A stretch of 64,000 nt of DNA from the human T2T-CHM13v2.0 reference genome, Homo sapiens. Of this stretch, positions 45,491 through 63,697 are shown in pieces. Location of the stretch: the NCBI RefSeq assembly GCF_009914755.1, contig NC_060947.1; one strand, 5' to 3'. The position numbers and the translations under genes were made by a program. The first letter of the stretch is position 1, and every line of letters begins with the position of its first letter. Under the pieces are notes generated by a model. The model was not told the DNA's origin. It ran no database searches and was given only the letters and a program-made list of their open reading frames with translations.

Positions 45491-48295
45491 CAGAAGATTG
45501 CAGACAGAGTCTTGAATGTCTATCAACATATGACAGTGGTTACAAAGTGTGAAGACCTTTGTGTCACATGTTAATGCTCACTGGAGAGTGTCTACCATGG
45601 AAGAAGCACTGAAAAACCAAGTATACAAAATGACTTGGTCAGCTAACATCAGCCAGCCACTTCAATGCTGGCATGCTGGACATGGACAAGGTGGCCTTAG
45701 TGGCAGATGTGGAGACTAAACAGGAGAACAACAGCATGAACTCATACTTAACAAGACTGGTCTAACTACTGCCACCTCTAATCTGCAACCTGCCACCATG
45801 TAGCCTCTGGTATGGCACCACCACTTCAGGTGTCCAACTGACCATTTGGTAACAAGCTGACTACAGTGGATCACTTCTATCCTGGATGTACCAGCAGTTT
45901 GTTTTCACAGCAGTGAACACATATTCCTGGTATGGGTTTACCTTTCTTAACCACAGGGTCCCAGTCAACACTGGTATCTGAAATCTTACAGAGTATTTCA
46001 TCAATTGCTGTGTGATATCATATAACATCACATTAGACCAGGGGATTCATTTTCAGCAAAAACAATACAGAAGTGGACCTGTGAAGATGAGATCTACTAG
46101 TTCTCTACTGTATGATACCACCCAGAAAACTGATATTTTGACAGAGTAGTGGAATTTCCTGCTGAACAACAGCTGAAGCGCCAACTCAAAATCAATATTC
46201 TGTGAGGATAGGGTCCTATTCTCCAGAATGCAGTATATTCATTGAATCAAATAATTTTATATGGTGTATGTCTTCAGTAAGAATACATGGGTTCAGACTG
46301 GGTGTAGTGGCTCATGGCTATAATCCCAGCATTTTAGGAGGCCAAGGCAAGAGGATTATTTGAGGCCAGGAGTTCAAGACCATGTTGGGCAACGTAGTGA
46401 GACACCCATCTCTATAATATTAAAAAAAATGATACATGAGTTCAGAAACAAAGGAGTGGAAGCAAGAGTACCCACACTTACCATCACTTCTAATGACACA
46501 TTCAGGGACTTTGCTTTTGCCATACCTGCAATTCAGAACTTTCCAGGGTTAGAGGTCCCGGCCCTGAAGAGAGCTCACTCTAACTCAAAGTATCTCAATT
46601 TTGTCACTTTTGTCATTTTGGGCTGGATAATTCTTTGTAGTGGGAGCTGTCCTGTGCATTATGAAATATATGACAGCATCCCTCGCTTCTACCCACTAGA
46701 AGCCAGTAGTACATTTTCCCCAACTGTGATGAAAGTATCTCCAAACACTACCAAATGTTCCCAGGGGGCCAAATTGCCCCAAGTTGAGAACCACTGCTAC
46801 AGCCAATGGAGAAGACAAGATTCATATTGAAGTACAACTTGTGGCTGCCACATAGGCATTTGGACCAGCAGGCAAGAAAAGTCACCATCTTAACTTGGTC
46901 AATCAAACCTGATTATCAGGAGGAGGTAGGGCTACTGTTATACAGTGGGAACAGGGAGGAACTGTCCAGCAGTGTCTGAGCAGAAGCAGCTGCTGGTTGG
47001 CTGCTACTCTTGCTACCAGATTTGGCTGGTTAGGTAACAAGCCCAAATGAATACACATAGTTTATTACTTACATAGACAGCATAAGCAAAATCAACACAA
47101 TGTCAGCTCCCCACATCCTTAATCCCACAGGACAACACTGAACCATAAGAGTCAACTGACAGGTGACATGACTTGTAGGTCACTCTGTCATTGAAGAACC
47201 AATACTAAACTGCAGCTAATCAGTGTTGTAGCCTGCAGTTTTATACTAAGGAGACAAAGGTGGATAGTGCCACACCTCATTGGACCAGGGAGGTAGATGA
47301 GAACCTGATTCATGGCATCCTCCCACAAGATAGAGAAGCTGATGAGAAATAACCTTGTAATAGCTCCTTACAAGACTATTTTCTTGCCATGTTCCTGGAG
47401 GTATCATAGAATGTTCTGTCAAGACTTAGGTCAGACAGATTGAACATTGCCTATGTTGCCCATGTGAATACATTCAACGTTGCCAGAGTGCCATGGTTGA
47501 ACTATTTCCCTACAGAAATGTGTGTAGAACCCAGATGATCCACTTGAATATTTCTAGGTACTACCTTTCCCAGTTATGAAAGGGGAAATACTATATATGA
47601 ACAGGTATGGCAATTCTGAACTGAGAAGGACATGATGATGAAGAATCAGGCCCCTCAAGGAGGAAGGGTCATACCACTAGCTAAGCCACTGAGGCAGTGG
47701 AGACTGTACATTGAGGGTGAGAAGAACTTAGAATGGATAGTCAAGGAGGAAGATTGTAATAATCGATTGTGAACCCGATACCAACTGCTATAGTATTGGT
47801 TTTAGTTTGTAACACTAACCTCCCTCTTCTGAGTTTTCCCTCAGGAGGAAAGGCCAGCTCCAGTCCTGTTAGAAGCTGCTCCCCGGCTTTATAGAGAGAA
47901 ATGTATCCAAGTGGCAAAAGTGGTGTATTGTTGTAGAAACAGAGACACAGTACCCAGATCCCTCTTTAGGAAGAACTTACTGCTCAGCTCTGGAGAGAGC
48001 AGTCAGCAGACTGGATATAGCTGTCAGCTTCTTCAGGGTGTGACTCAGCTGCAGAATCTCTTTGCTCAAGTTACACTCTTCCTGGGGCAGCCTACCATTA
48101 GTAACTGAGTGAGCTTGACATGGGACCATTCTGATTAGCAATATTCATTCTAGAGCTCTTTGCTGCGCATGCCAAGGTTTCATTTGGCCTACATCATATT
48201 TCGGCTCCTCCATTGGCTCAGTCCTTCTTCATCCTCTTTTTGTACCCTAGACTCCATTTCAGGATCTATTTCTGGGGAACCCAAACTGCAACACA
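45490..48295 (+). mobile_element. Ancient ERVL-class (HERV16/LTR16-like) remnant: decayed integrase and 3' LTR, interrupted by FLAM (~46297-46430), MER20 (~46585-46800) and another LTR-like insert
   Basis: Degenerate integrase motifs near 45846-46060 (W.QADY.G.L, NTYS.YGF.F, DQGIHF) correspond to ERVL WQIDYIGPL / DTYSGYGFAF / SDQGTHF; LTR16-like sequence at ~47925-48295. Confidence 0.65.
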
Positions 48296-48314
48296 AACCA
48301 TGATGTTCAGATAC

Positions 48315-48640
48315 TGTCTTAGTCTATTTGTGCTGGTATTAAAAAAGACCACAGACTGGGTAATTTATAAACAATAGAAATTTATTTCTTACAGCTAGGG
48401 ATAGGAAGTCCAAGATCAAGGTGCCAGCATTTGGTGTTTGGAGAGGGCCTTCTTGCTGCATCCTCACATGGCAGAAGGCAGAAGGGCAAAAGCACCTAGC
48501 TAGTTCCCTCAAGCCCTGTTTTAAGGGTAGACCCCTCATGACTTAATCACCTCCGAAAGGCCCCCTCTGAATACTATTACACTGGGTCTTAGGTAACAAC
48601 CTATGAATTTGGGGGAGACACATATATTCAAGTCATAGCA
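48315..48640. mobile_element. MaLR solo LTR (MST-like)
   Basis: tgtcttagtctatttgtgctg...cacagactgggtaatttataaacaatagaaattt...ttcaagtcatagca. Confidence 0.8.
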
Positions 48641-48685
48641 GACAAACATTTAGAGAAAATAGTTTATTTTAGTATGTCTCTACAT

Positions 48686-49029
48686 CAGCAGCCCCTAACC
48701 TTTTTGGCACCAGGGACCGGTTTTGTGGAAGACAATTTTTCCACGGAATGAGGTCAGGGGCATGGTTTTAGGATGAAACCGTTCCACCTCGGATCATCAG
48801 GCATTATATTGTCATAAGGAGCATGCAACCTAGATCCCTCACATGCGCAGTTCACAACAGGGTTCGCACTCCTATGAGAATCTAATGTCACCACTGACCT
48901 GACAGAAGGTGGAGTTCAGACGGTAATGCTTGTTTGCCCACCACTCACCTCCTGCTGTGCGGTCCGGTTCCTAACAGGCCATGGACTGGTATCAGTCTGT
49001 GGCCTGGAGGCTGGGGACCCCCGCTCTGT

Positions 49030-49030
<1 letters not shown>
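48686..49030. mobile_element. MER1-like hAT-Charlie DNA transposon
   Basis: cccctaacctttttggcaccagggaccggttttgtggaagacaatttttccacgg...ggctggggacccc. Confidence 0.85.
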
Positions 49031-52090
<3,060 letters not shown>

Positions 52091-54324
52091 CCTTTTTCTG
52101 TGAAATTTTATTTCCAAATGTGTCAGTCAGGCTTCAATCAGAGTAGCAGAACTACTGTGAGGTGGAATCCACAAGCACAAGCTGGCACCCTCAAGGATGG
52201 ACTAAAACCCGTATCAGTTCTTGTTTCCTCTGACGTTAACGGTATGAGTATCCTGTAAAACCAAGACACTTTGTCACAGAGCCAAACTCACACACCTGGC
52301 CCAGGAATTGGAGAAGCTAAAGGAGGATCCAGAGGAAAGTGGAGGAGTTCCAAACCCAGCTAATGTCTTGTGCCAGTGTGGTGAGCCAGCAGAAAAGAGG
52401 TAATGTATTCGAGCTCCAAAATGGCTACTGCATCACTTCCGTCCTCCAGTTCTCCCACAATAATCTCTCTTGTGACACATCCTAATTACAAACTTAAAGG
52501 AAAGAAAATTCTGAGAAATGTAGCTGAACCTAAAGAAGTTTGCCTATTACAAACCTACTACATAATGTATTTTATAATTTAAGCCATTTTGGTGAATAAA
52601 ATATTTCCCCCATTTCTATCCATCCCCACTTATTCCTACTATAGGAGAATTTTTTTTATGTTTACCCTGTTTCCAGCAATCTTGACACTTGTATTAACTG
52701 TATTGGTATTTATTAATGTCTCTTGCATTTTCTGGACATACACTCACACCAGAAAAAGTTGTATCTTTTTCAGTAGTTATTATGCTATATCATTCTCTTC
52801 CTTTATTGCATTTATTGGAAACTCACAGAATATGTGAAATAATTGTAATAGCATTCTTCTGTAATTTCTGATCATCTTAAAAACATTATTGTTTCACTCT
52901 TTAGTTTGATATTTGTTGTTAGTTTTAGTAAGGAGTTTTTAGGTAGGTGCTTTCTGCTTCTCTTTACCTTGTGTTTTTATTAAGGATAGTTACTGGATTT
53001 TATGAAAACACTTTAAGTATGTTATTAATATGACCCTATGATATTCTCCTTTAATTTATTTTTGTTATGAATTACATTGATGAATTTATTATATTGTCTT
53101 TGTATTCCCTGAATATATTCAACATGGTAGTAATTGATTATATCTTCAACATTGTATCATCCAGAGTTCTTTTGACTGCAAGTAACAGAGTCTAGCTAAA
53201 AGTATCCTCAACCATAAAGACATTGAATTATTAAGCAGCCCTAGAAGTCTGAAGCAGGTGGTTCCAAGGTCATTTTAGAGGTTGAATAACATGATCAAGG
53301 ACCCTAGTTCTATCACTTTTCCATACTGTCATCAGAAGCATGTTGTAATCAAGAGTCTGATTCCATTTTTCAAAGCTTAAATTCTGATAGCTTTTAAAGC
53401 TCATTTCCCCTTCTTCTTCTCGTGCCTCACATCTTGGCAAGGTGATAAGAAAGCCTTGGGTCTCTCTCCTTTTTTACTGGCCATAGATTCAAACTATGCA
53501 GGCCCCATCCCATGCACAGGAACATTCACTTCAGCCTCCTCCCTCACCACCATAAAAATCTCAGTCCAGTCTCCTTTCCTTGCTTTATCAAGCCACTTAC
53601 AGATAATCCTGTGATGCCTGCTCTGGTTGCCCCAGAAAGTCTCATTATGTAAGTAATAAACCTTTTATGTCCTCTTGATGTGTTGATGGCATCATTAGTC
53701 TTGACATTAAAACCAAATTTTGGATGGCGATCCATCTGGTTTCTGTCAATAGTTGGTACTGTTAGCAGGAGGTTGAGACAATGACCACCACTACCAGGTA
53801 GCCTTCTCTTGCTTTGATTTGCTAATTGACTCCACTGCCTGGTGGTAAGCATGCACTTCAAGGTACTGCCTGCTGGCTAGCTTGCACTGTGAGTTGTGCT
53901 GCTTTGTGCTGGATTTGCTAAGTCCTACTGAACCTCTATTATAGATGTAACTGACCTAAGTCAGAAGTTTGAATAATCAACTGACATTTAGAAACAGGAG
54001 CATGGGACTGGGGCCCTCCTTAAAGTTACTCTGGCTTGTGTGTCTTGGCCCAGACCTGTCTGTGTGTCTTAGAATAAATCATCTGTCTTGATTCCAGCAT
54101 CAACTGTGACTGATGCTAGGCTTAGGGGAAAGAGTCTTATCCTAAGACTGTTTTATTATGGGTTTCAACCAAGCATTGGCCACTATTCTATAGAGTGCTC
54201 ATGGGAAAGATTATACCTTGTGCAATATACAGGCCCATTGGGAGGTTGTCTGTGTGGAGGAAGAGCTGTCGGTATTTGAAGAGCAGTTACCATTTGAAGA
54301 TTTTAATCATTGAGTCTACACACC

Positions 54325-55951
54325 TGTATTAGTCTGTTCTCACACTGCTATAAAGAACTGCCCAAGACTGGGTAATTTTTAAAGAAAAGAGGTTTAATTG
54401 ACTCACAGTTCCACATGGCTAGGGAGGCCTCAGGAAACTTGCAATCATGGTAGAAGGGGAAGAGGCATGTCTTACATGGCAGCAGTTGAGAGAGAGTGAA
54501 TGTGTGATAGAGAAACTGTCAGATACTTATAAAACCATCAGATCTCATGATAACTCACTCACTATCATGAGAACAGCATGAAGGACACTGCCCCCATGAT
54601 CCAATCACCTCCCTCCAAGTCTCTCCCTCAATACATGGGGATTATGGGGATTACAATTCAAGATGAGATTTGGGTGGGACACAAAACCTAACCATAACAT
54701 TCCACCCCTGGCCCCTGCTAAATCTCATGTCCTCACATTTCAAAACCAATCATGCCTTCCCAACAGTCCCCCAAAGTCTTAACTCATTTCACCATTAACT
54801 GAAAAGTCCAAGTCCAAAGTCTCATCTGAGACAAGGCAAATCCCTTCCACCTAGGAGCCTATAAAAACAAAAGCAAGTTAGTTACTTCAAAGATACAGTG
54901 GAGGTACAGGCATTGGATAAATGCTTCCATTCCAAATGGGAGACATTGGCCAAAACAAAGGAGGTACAGGCCCCATGCAAGTCCAAAATCCAGTGGGGAA
55001 GTCATTAAATCTTAAAGCTCCAAAATGATCCCTTTGACTCCATGTCTCACATCCGGGGCATGCTGATGCAAGAGGTGGGCTCCCATGGTCTTGAGCAGCT
55101 CTGCCCCTATAGCTTTGCAGGGTACAGCCTCACTCCCAGCTGCTTTCATAGGCTGGTGTTGAGTGTCTGTGGCTTCTCCAGGCACAGTGTGCAAGCTATC
55201 AGTGGATCTACCATTCTGGAATCTGGAGGATGGTGGCCCTCTTCTCACAGCTCCACTAGGCAGTGCCCCAGTGGGGACTCTGTGTGGGGGCTCCAACCCC
55301 ACATTTTCCTTCTCTGTTGCCCTAACAGAGGTTCTCCATGAGGGCTCCACCCCTGCAGCCAACTTCTGCTTGTACATCCAGGCATTTCCATAGATCCTCT
55401 GAAATCTAGGTGGAGGTTCCCAAACCTCAATTCTTGACTTCTGTATACCTGTAGGCCCAACACGAAGTGGAAGCCATCAAGGATAGGGACTTGCACCCTC
55501 CAAAACAACAGCCTAAGCTGTACCTAGGCCCCTTTTAGCCACCACTGGAGCTGAAGTGGCTGGGATACAGGGCACCATGTCCTGAGGGTGCACAGACAAG
55601 GGGGTGCCTGAACCTGGCCCACAAAGCAATTTTTCCCTCCTAGGCCTCCAGGCCTGTGATAGGAGGGGTTGCCATAAAGATCTCTGTCATGCCCTGGAGA
55701 CATTTTTCCCATTTTCTTGGTGGTTAACATTTGGCTCCTCTTTACGTATGCAAATTTCTGCAGTCACCTTGAATTTCTCCCCAGAAAATGGGTTTTTCTT
55801 TTCTATCACATCATCAGGCTGCAAATTTTCCAAACTTAGGCTCTGCTTCCCTTTTAAACATAAGTTCCATTCCAATTTCAGATAATCTCTCTCAAGTTCA
55901 ACATTCCACAGATCTTTAGGTCAGAGGCAAAATGCTGCCAGTGTCTTTGCT
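54325..55951 (-). mobile_element. MaLR (THE1/MSTA-like) LTR (54325-54699) plus truncated internal region, nested in the ERVL provirus
   Basis: tgtattagtctgttctcacactgctataaag...gagatttgggtgggacaca; THE1/MST-int-like pseudo-ORF 55012-55377. Confidence 0.9.
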
Positions 55952-55981
55952 GGGAGAACCTCCCCAAAGCATATTCAGTAA

Positions 55982-55982
<1 letters not shown>

Positions 55983-56029
<47 letters not shown>

Positions 56030-56040
56030 ATACACACACA
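55983..56040. repeat. (CA)n microsatellite
   Basis: Directly visible. Confidence 0.95.
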
Positions 56041-59000
56041 AAGAAAAGACAGAAAGACAGGCAGGAAGATGGAACGAAGGAAGGAAGGAATCTGGATACA
56101 AGGGAGGGATCATAATACTGAAATGGAAGTCTACAATTTCACCCCACTGGAAATTCAAAATTTACTTAAAGAATTTATGAAACAGAAAGATAAATGTGCA
56201 CTGAATTTCTTTTGCACCTCTACAACATAGCTTATGGATTAACTTTAATATCTGCTAAAACACACCAATTGGCAAACCTTCATGGCCTCAATCAATACTT
56301 GGGTTCAAATTACAGTAATACCTGGGGATCCTTCTAAATTTGAACAACACACCCCCTATAATGTTCAGGGAGTTACTGAACATAAAAATAGAGGACAAAG
56401 AGTTATGCCCCACTTTAACTATCAAAAAAATTGCCTTGCTTAAATTCCCCATGATTATAGTAGCCATTGCCCTAAAAATCCCATAGTGGACATGGACGCT
56501 CTGACCCAGTGGGTAATAAATTAAAACTAAGTTTTTGGCACTTACAAATTGGATTTAAAATGGGACCACGTGGACTTTTCCATCTCTCCCCACCACCACT
56601 AAAATATTTAATAAGGTCCAATGTAAAATAAAATAGGGTCTTCAAGGATTGAAACACATTATACAAGGCTTATTTAGAAAAGGAGTTGTTAATACCACTG
56701 CTCCTGCTTATCACAATCCAATTTAGCCTGTTCTTTCTTTTTTTTCTTTTTCTTTCTTTTTTTTTTTTTCTTAAATTACTGGGCTTCAATAGCCTGCTGT
56801 TAAACTTGGAAAAAATGAATGATGTCTCACAGTAGATTAGTGCAACCTCAGTGCTGTGGCCTCATCCATTAAGGGCCTATATCCAAAATTATTTAAGTTA
56901 CTGACTACATCTAATCAGAAACTGATAAATATTTTGCTATAATAGATATGGCTAATATATTCTGTTCAATGCTATTTTAACACCCTCTCGGCTCCAGTTT
57001 GCGATCACGTCCTAAGGGACACAATATATCCATGGGGTACTTCAACAGCCTTGTCATTACACACAATCTTTGCAGATACAATTTTATCTGCTTCCAAATT
57101 TTTCATGGGCACAGTTATGCCATTATATTCATGATATCCTCTTCTGATGATATTCATTTCACACACTAAGGACATAAAGTTACTCATAAAGGAGCCCAAA
57201 AGAATGGACGGGCCATTGACTTACACAATACAAGGCTCCAACAGATCTGTAAATTCCTGAAAATTATTTGGCAAACCAAGGGCTACCCTGTACCTGGCAC
57301 TGTCAAGAAATAGCTGTAGACCCTCTCAGGCCCTGCAGTGTTAAAATAAGCCACAAACCTAACATCTTTTAGGTCTTTTGGGTTCAGAAGGCAACATATT
57401 CCTCCCTTACAAATTTTACTTAAGCCCATCTATGTGGTTATTTGCAAATCAGCCCACCTTGAACGGGCACTCCTCCAACAAAAGGTTCTAGATTCTGTCC
57501 AAATTGCAATACAACAGCCCCTCCTGTTAATGCCCCTCCATCAGATTCTTTTCATGGTATAGGTGTTAGTAACCTCCTTTCGTGCCTCCTGGAGTCTCTG
57601 GACCACCCATGCTGTCCATACGTTGCCTATGGGCCAAAAAAACTGCCCTCCTCAGCCCTGTGTTGTAGGCCATTTGAGCAGCAATTGCTAGCTGCATACT
57701 GGACTTTCCAGAAATAGAGGTCCCACATGCCTTGAGCCTATGGCCCTCCATACCTAGATACCCACTATGTATTGAGTCATGGAAGCAGCACCCTGGAAGC
57801 TTGCAATGGCCACCAAGTACTCCTTACTCCCGGATGGAACCAAACCTAAACCCCGTGGCATATCCCACCTTCAGGAGGGCGTGGCCTCCCTTGTACTCAG
57901 TTCCTTACCAGATGTCATGGTGGTAGAGGATGTCACCCTTCTACAAGACCTCTTGGCCACCTGAGGCGCCCTCTAGGATCAACTAAATGAATGACAATGG
58001 GAGTTTGTATACTTTACAGATGACATTGTTACCATTACATGTGATTGGTATTCACTGGAGCTACTGTTTTTCATCCCTTTACCAGGACATCCCTGATAAA
58101 AGATGAGAGTCAAGGCCAATATAATTGGCAAACTTCAGTCAGGCATCTTAGTGCTGTTTTCTATGAGCAAAAATCAGCCCCATCTGCACCATTTTACACA
58201 CTTTTGGGCCATTGTCAATGGTCTCACTATTTGGTCTAGCCAATGGCAGCAATAATAATTTCTTGTCCAAGGAGTCCCTCTTTGAGCCATAGGCTGTACC
58301 CTCTTTACCTCTTTGAGGTAAGGAACTGTGGTAATCTACTGCCTCATAGATATCCGAAATATAAATCAGCGTAGCACATACCTGTACATATACTGAAGCA
58401 ATACAAAACTTCATCAGGACAATCCTTACGCTCTTTGTAGTTCCAGACATTACTGATAGTTACCAAGGCACTTATTTCACTTCTCAGAATACACAACACT
58501 GGGCTCTGAAACAAGGCATTCAATGAAATTTTCACCTTCCTTATAGGTTACAGGCTTCAGGCTTTATAGAGTCCCAAATGGCTTATTTAAACAAGTTCAA
58601 ATTCAATTAAATGAAGCATGTTATATTTTTGTCATCATTCAAACATCAGGGGTAAATTACAATGAAGAGCCTGACTCCATTTTCTGATGTTTGACTGCTA
58701 ACAGCTTTTAAGCCTCACCCTTCACTCTCCCCTTATGCCTCACATCTAGGCAAGTTGATAAGAAAGCCTTAGTGCTCTCTCCTTTAGTGCCAGCAGGTGT
58801 TTCAAACCATACAAGCCCCTGCCCACACACAGAAACCCTTACCCGAGCCCCATCCCTAACCATAATTAAAATTCTAAGCCAGTCTCCTTTCTTTGCTCTC
58901 TCAAGCAATTTTTGAATCAACTTGTGAGGCTTGTCTGCTCTCTCCAGAAAGCTGCATTATGTAAGTAATAAACATTTTTGTACCCTCTTAGTGCATGTGT

Positions 59001-59989
59001 GGTACCATCAGTCTTGACCTCTGAACCAAATTTGGGTGAGGGTTCACCCTGTTTCTGCATGATGGTCACAACATATGTCTGTTATGTCTCTTCTCATGGT
59101 CTCAAGGTAACTCCTGCAGCTCCAAACAACATGCCCTTATATACTTGCATCACAAACATAAAGGATTGGGACGCATGGTGAATGGATTTCACTTTATTGG
59201 TCCTCTATCTAATCGCAAAGGAAAATCTTTCCCTGAAACCCACCCAGAAAATTTCCTGATGTATCTTATTGACCATCACAGCGTTACATGTCTACCCCTA
59301 AAGCAGTCACTGACAAAGAATAACATTGCCTGAAACCAATCATGAGGTGCTACCCAGGGCTTGCCACTCACTGAGCAATGTGTAGGTTGTGTTAGCAAAA
59401 GAGTGGGCTTTGTTGTTGGTTATTAACCAACAATATCTGCCACAGGAAGGTTGATACAGTAACTTTACAGATATTTTATGTAGAATTTTTGCAGATGTGT
59501 CAGTATATTTTGTACTGTATTATTTTATACACTATTTTTCTGCTTGGCTGTTAAAATTGTGTTGGCTTCACAAAATGAACCTGGGAGTTGTCCCTCTTTT
59601 TCTATGCTGTGGAATATACATCTTTAACTTATAATGTACATCTTTTACTTATCATAATATACCTTCAAAAGTTATACTACTTTATGTATAATGCAAGAAT
59701 CTCACAAGGAATTGCTCTTGGATATTAAACAAAAATAACATAGAAATGTCAGTGCCATCTCTTTGCAGCTATACTTATAAATAAGATGGGCCAATAGCAT
59801 TCTTTTTGATAATATATTTTTCTCACTGGGTGTGATTATAGCTACACAAAATTATCTGGGGAGTTTTTCATATTTTTCAGTGGCTGAAATAACATACACC
59901 ACCATAATTATCTGATTTTAAAGGTTAAATCCAAATTAACGTGGAATCATCTTTGTACTTTCAATGACTGACTGTAACTATGATTCTAA

Positions 59990-61674
59990 CATTTGGAGTG
60001 CCCCAGGATTCAGTCCACTGTTTTCTACTCATCTCTATATGACTCTCTTCTCCCTTGGGGGTCTCATTCAGGTCCACGGTTGTTAAATACCATCAGTAGA
60101 TTTCCAAATTTGTATTTCCAACACAATTTCTTCCCTTTGTTCCAGACCTTTAACTCCCAGAAGGCCTACTTCATATCCCCACCCTGGTTGCTAAGAGACA
60201 TCACAAACCACATCTCTGAAACAGTACTCTTGGGCTGGACATGGTGGCTAATGCCTATAATATCAGCACTTTGGAAGGCCGAGGTGGGAGGACTGCTTAA
60301 GCCGAGGACTTTGAGACCAGCCTGGGCAGCATAGTGAGACCCTGTCTTAAAAAAATAAAAATAGAAATAAAAATAAATTTAAAACTAAAAAATTTAAAAA
60401 TATATAAACAGTACTCTTGCTTTTTCCTTTCTTTTCCCAATCTTCTCCATCTCAGAAATGGTACCACCATTCACCCACTTGGCTCAAACTTAAAAACTAT
60501 AGGTCACCCTTATCTCCTTTCTTTTTCTCAGTCTTTACACCCCCTTAGCCAAACAATCTATAATGCCTGTCAAGTTTACTTTCAAAATATATTCTCAGCC
60601 TCTCCCCAGATGAACACCATTCCACATATTACTGGAGTTGGTGTTCATCTCCAATAACACCACTTTAGACTAAACCAAATCTTGATCATTACTTGCTTTG
60701 TCAGCTGCAACAGCTTCCACACTATTATCCCTATTTACATTCTTAATCTCCATATAATCTCTATTCCATGCCACATTCAGAGTAAAACGTTTCAGATCTG
60801 ATGACGCTATCACTAAAAAACAAAAAACAAAAAACAAAACAAAACAAAACAAAACACTACAATGTCACCTACTCACACCTAGAATAAAATTCAATCTTCT
60901 TACTATTGCTTCTGAGGCCATGCAACATAATATCTTTGTTTATGTATGTTCTCAACATCATCTCATTCCACTCTCTTCCAAACTTATCATGCTCTAGTCA
61001 CACTAAGATCTTTTCTTTCTTTCTTTCTTTTTCTTCTTTCTTTCTTTCTTTTTCTTTCTTTCTTTTTATTTCTTTCTTTCTTTTTCTTTCTTTCTCTCTC
61101 TCTCCTTCCTTCCTTCCTTCCTTCCTTTCTTCCCCCCTTCCTCCCTTCCTTTCTTTCTTCTTCTTCCTCCTCTTCTTTTTATTTTTTTTTGAAACAGCAT
61201 CCTGCTCTGTCACCCAGGCTGGAGTGCAGTGGCGTGATCTCAGCTCACTGCAACCCCACCTCCCTGGGCTCAAGTCATCCTCCTCCCACCCCAGGCTCCC
61301 AAGCAGCTGAGACCACAGGTGTGCGCCACCACGCCCAGCTAATTTTTTGTATTTTTAGTAGAGATGGCTTTTCTCCATGTTGCCCAGGCTGACCTTGAAC
61401 TCCTGAGCTCAAATGATCCGCCTGCCTCGGCCTCCTAAAGTGCTGGGATTACAGGCCTAATCCCAGCCGTGCCTGGCTGAGATCTTTTCTATTCCTTGGA
61501 TATTTGAAGCTTTTTCTACACAAGACTTTTGCTATTGGAGTTCTAGATCTCAGCTCAAATGTCATCTCAAAGAGACGTTCCCTACATGCCTTATATACAG
61601 GGGAGAATCTCAATTCCCTGTAGAATCCCTATCTCTCGTATCAACTTCTATTATCTTGATAGCACATATTACTA

Positions 61675-61680
<6 letters not shown>
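59990..61680 (+). mobile_element. L2 remnant interrupted by FLAM (~60233-60370), a pyrimidine tract (~61010-61190) and an antisense AluJ (~61180-61478)
   Basis: ggagtgccccaggattcagtcc, ctcagaaatggtaccaccattcacccac and agatctcagctcaaatgtcatctc are L2-like. Confidence 0.65.
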
Positions 61681-62092
<412 letters not shown>

Positions 62093-62772
62093 TAGTCGAC
62101 ACCCTGAAGCTGATGTTATGGAGCGTTCTATTTTTCTCCCTCTCCATTCTCCTTAACCTCATCTCTCCTCAACACTAGGCTTTTGGCTGGGAATAGCCAT
62201 GCTTTTACAACATAAGACACATCATCTTCTAGAACACTGCTTTTTCCTTGAGATTGCTATTGTCATATTGTAAACTATAGCAGTGTTCATATTTGTTTGA
62301 TTTATTCTTATAACATTCATAGGTGAGGGCCTGTTTTTTGTGTCTCTAAGCTCCAGGAATCTTGCATGAAGCTGAAGATGATCTGGCTCTCAGCATGTGA
62401 AACCTCACAAAATACCCTTCTGGCTCTCATCATCCTTCACCTCAGTGAGACCTCAACTGGCTGCTGCTGAAAATAATGCAACAGAATCAGGAAAGAGATG
62501 TTCTGCATGTATTTTGGAACAAGGGAGAGCAGATTTCGTTAGAATTTAATCCTGTTGGAGAAAATGGATTGATATAGCTGAGTTCAAAGGGAGTTGGGAA
62601 AATAGCATTAAATTTTAGAGATTATAGCAAGTTTGTTTAATTTCATTTACTAATTTATTGACCAAATAGTCATTGATGGCCTAGTGTGTGTTAGAAACTA
62701 TAATTATATGTTGTCATCTGGTGCACACATTATAATCCAACTGGGTGAGTTTGGTTAGATAAGAGAGCCTAA

Positions 62773-63096
<324 letters not shown>

Positions 63097-63348
63097 CAAG
63101 AAATCCTAATTTGAAATACAGTGTAGATCAAGGGTGTCTCTGTACCCTTGCACATAGTGTGCCCTTTGGATAAACCCAATTGAAATAACATCAAGATCTA
63201 TTCTTGTAATTCTCGGAGAAGTGTCAAAGAGACTTTCATGAAAGGCCTTGAGTGACTGAACTGCTCATCACATTAGTCCCAATGGAAGTGAATGGGCAGT
63301 GGCAAATATTAGGAAAGTGCAGGCAGGGCTTTTCTGATTGCCTACTGA

Positions 63349-63697
<349 letters not shown>

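Larger units (their letters stand above)
53344..59073 (+). mobile_element. ERVL-class provirus with two related LTRs (LTR47-like, ~53344-53750 and ~58658-59073) and decayed pol
   Basis: The LTRs share aagag.ctga.tccatttt, gataagaaagcctt, cattatgtaagtaataaac and aaccaaattt; TSD catgt/tatgt; RT remnants KYFAIIDMANIFCS (~56927), GYFNS..ITHNL (~57035) and HYIHDI (57121-57138, decayed YIDD). Confidence 0.8.

Noticed and set aside
55012-55885. Cluster of 60-120 aa ORFs as a gene
   Set aside because: They are typical MaLR (THE1/MST) internal pseudo-ORFs.
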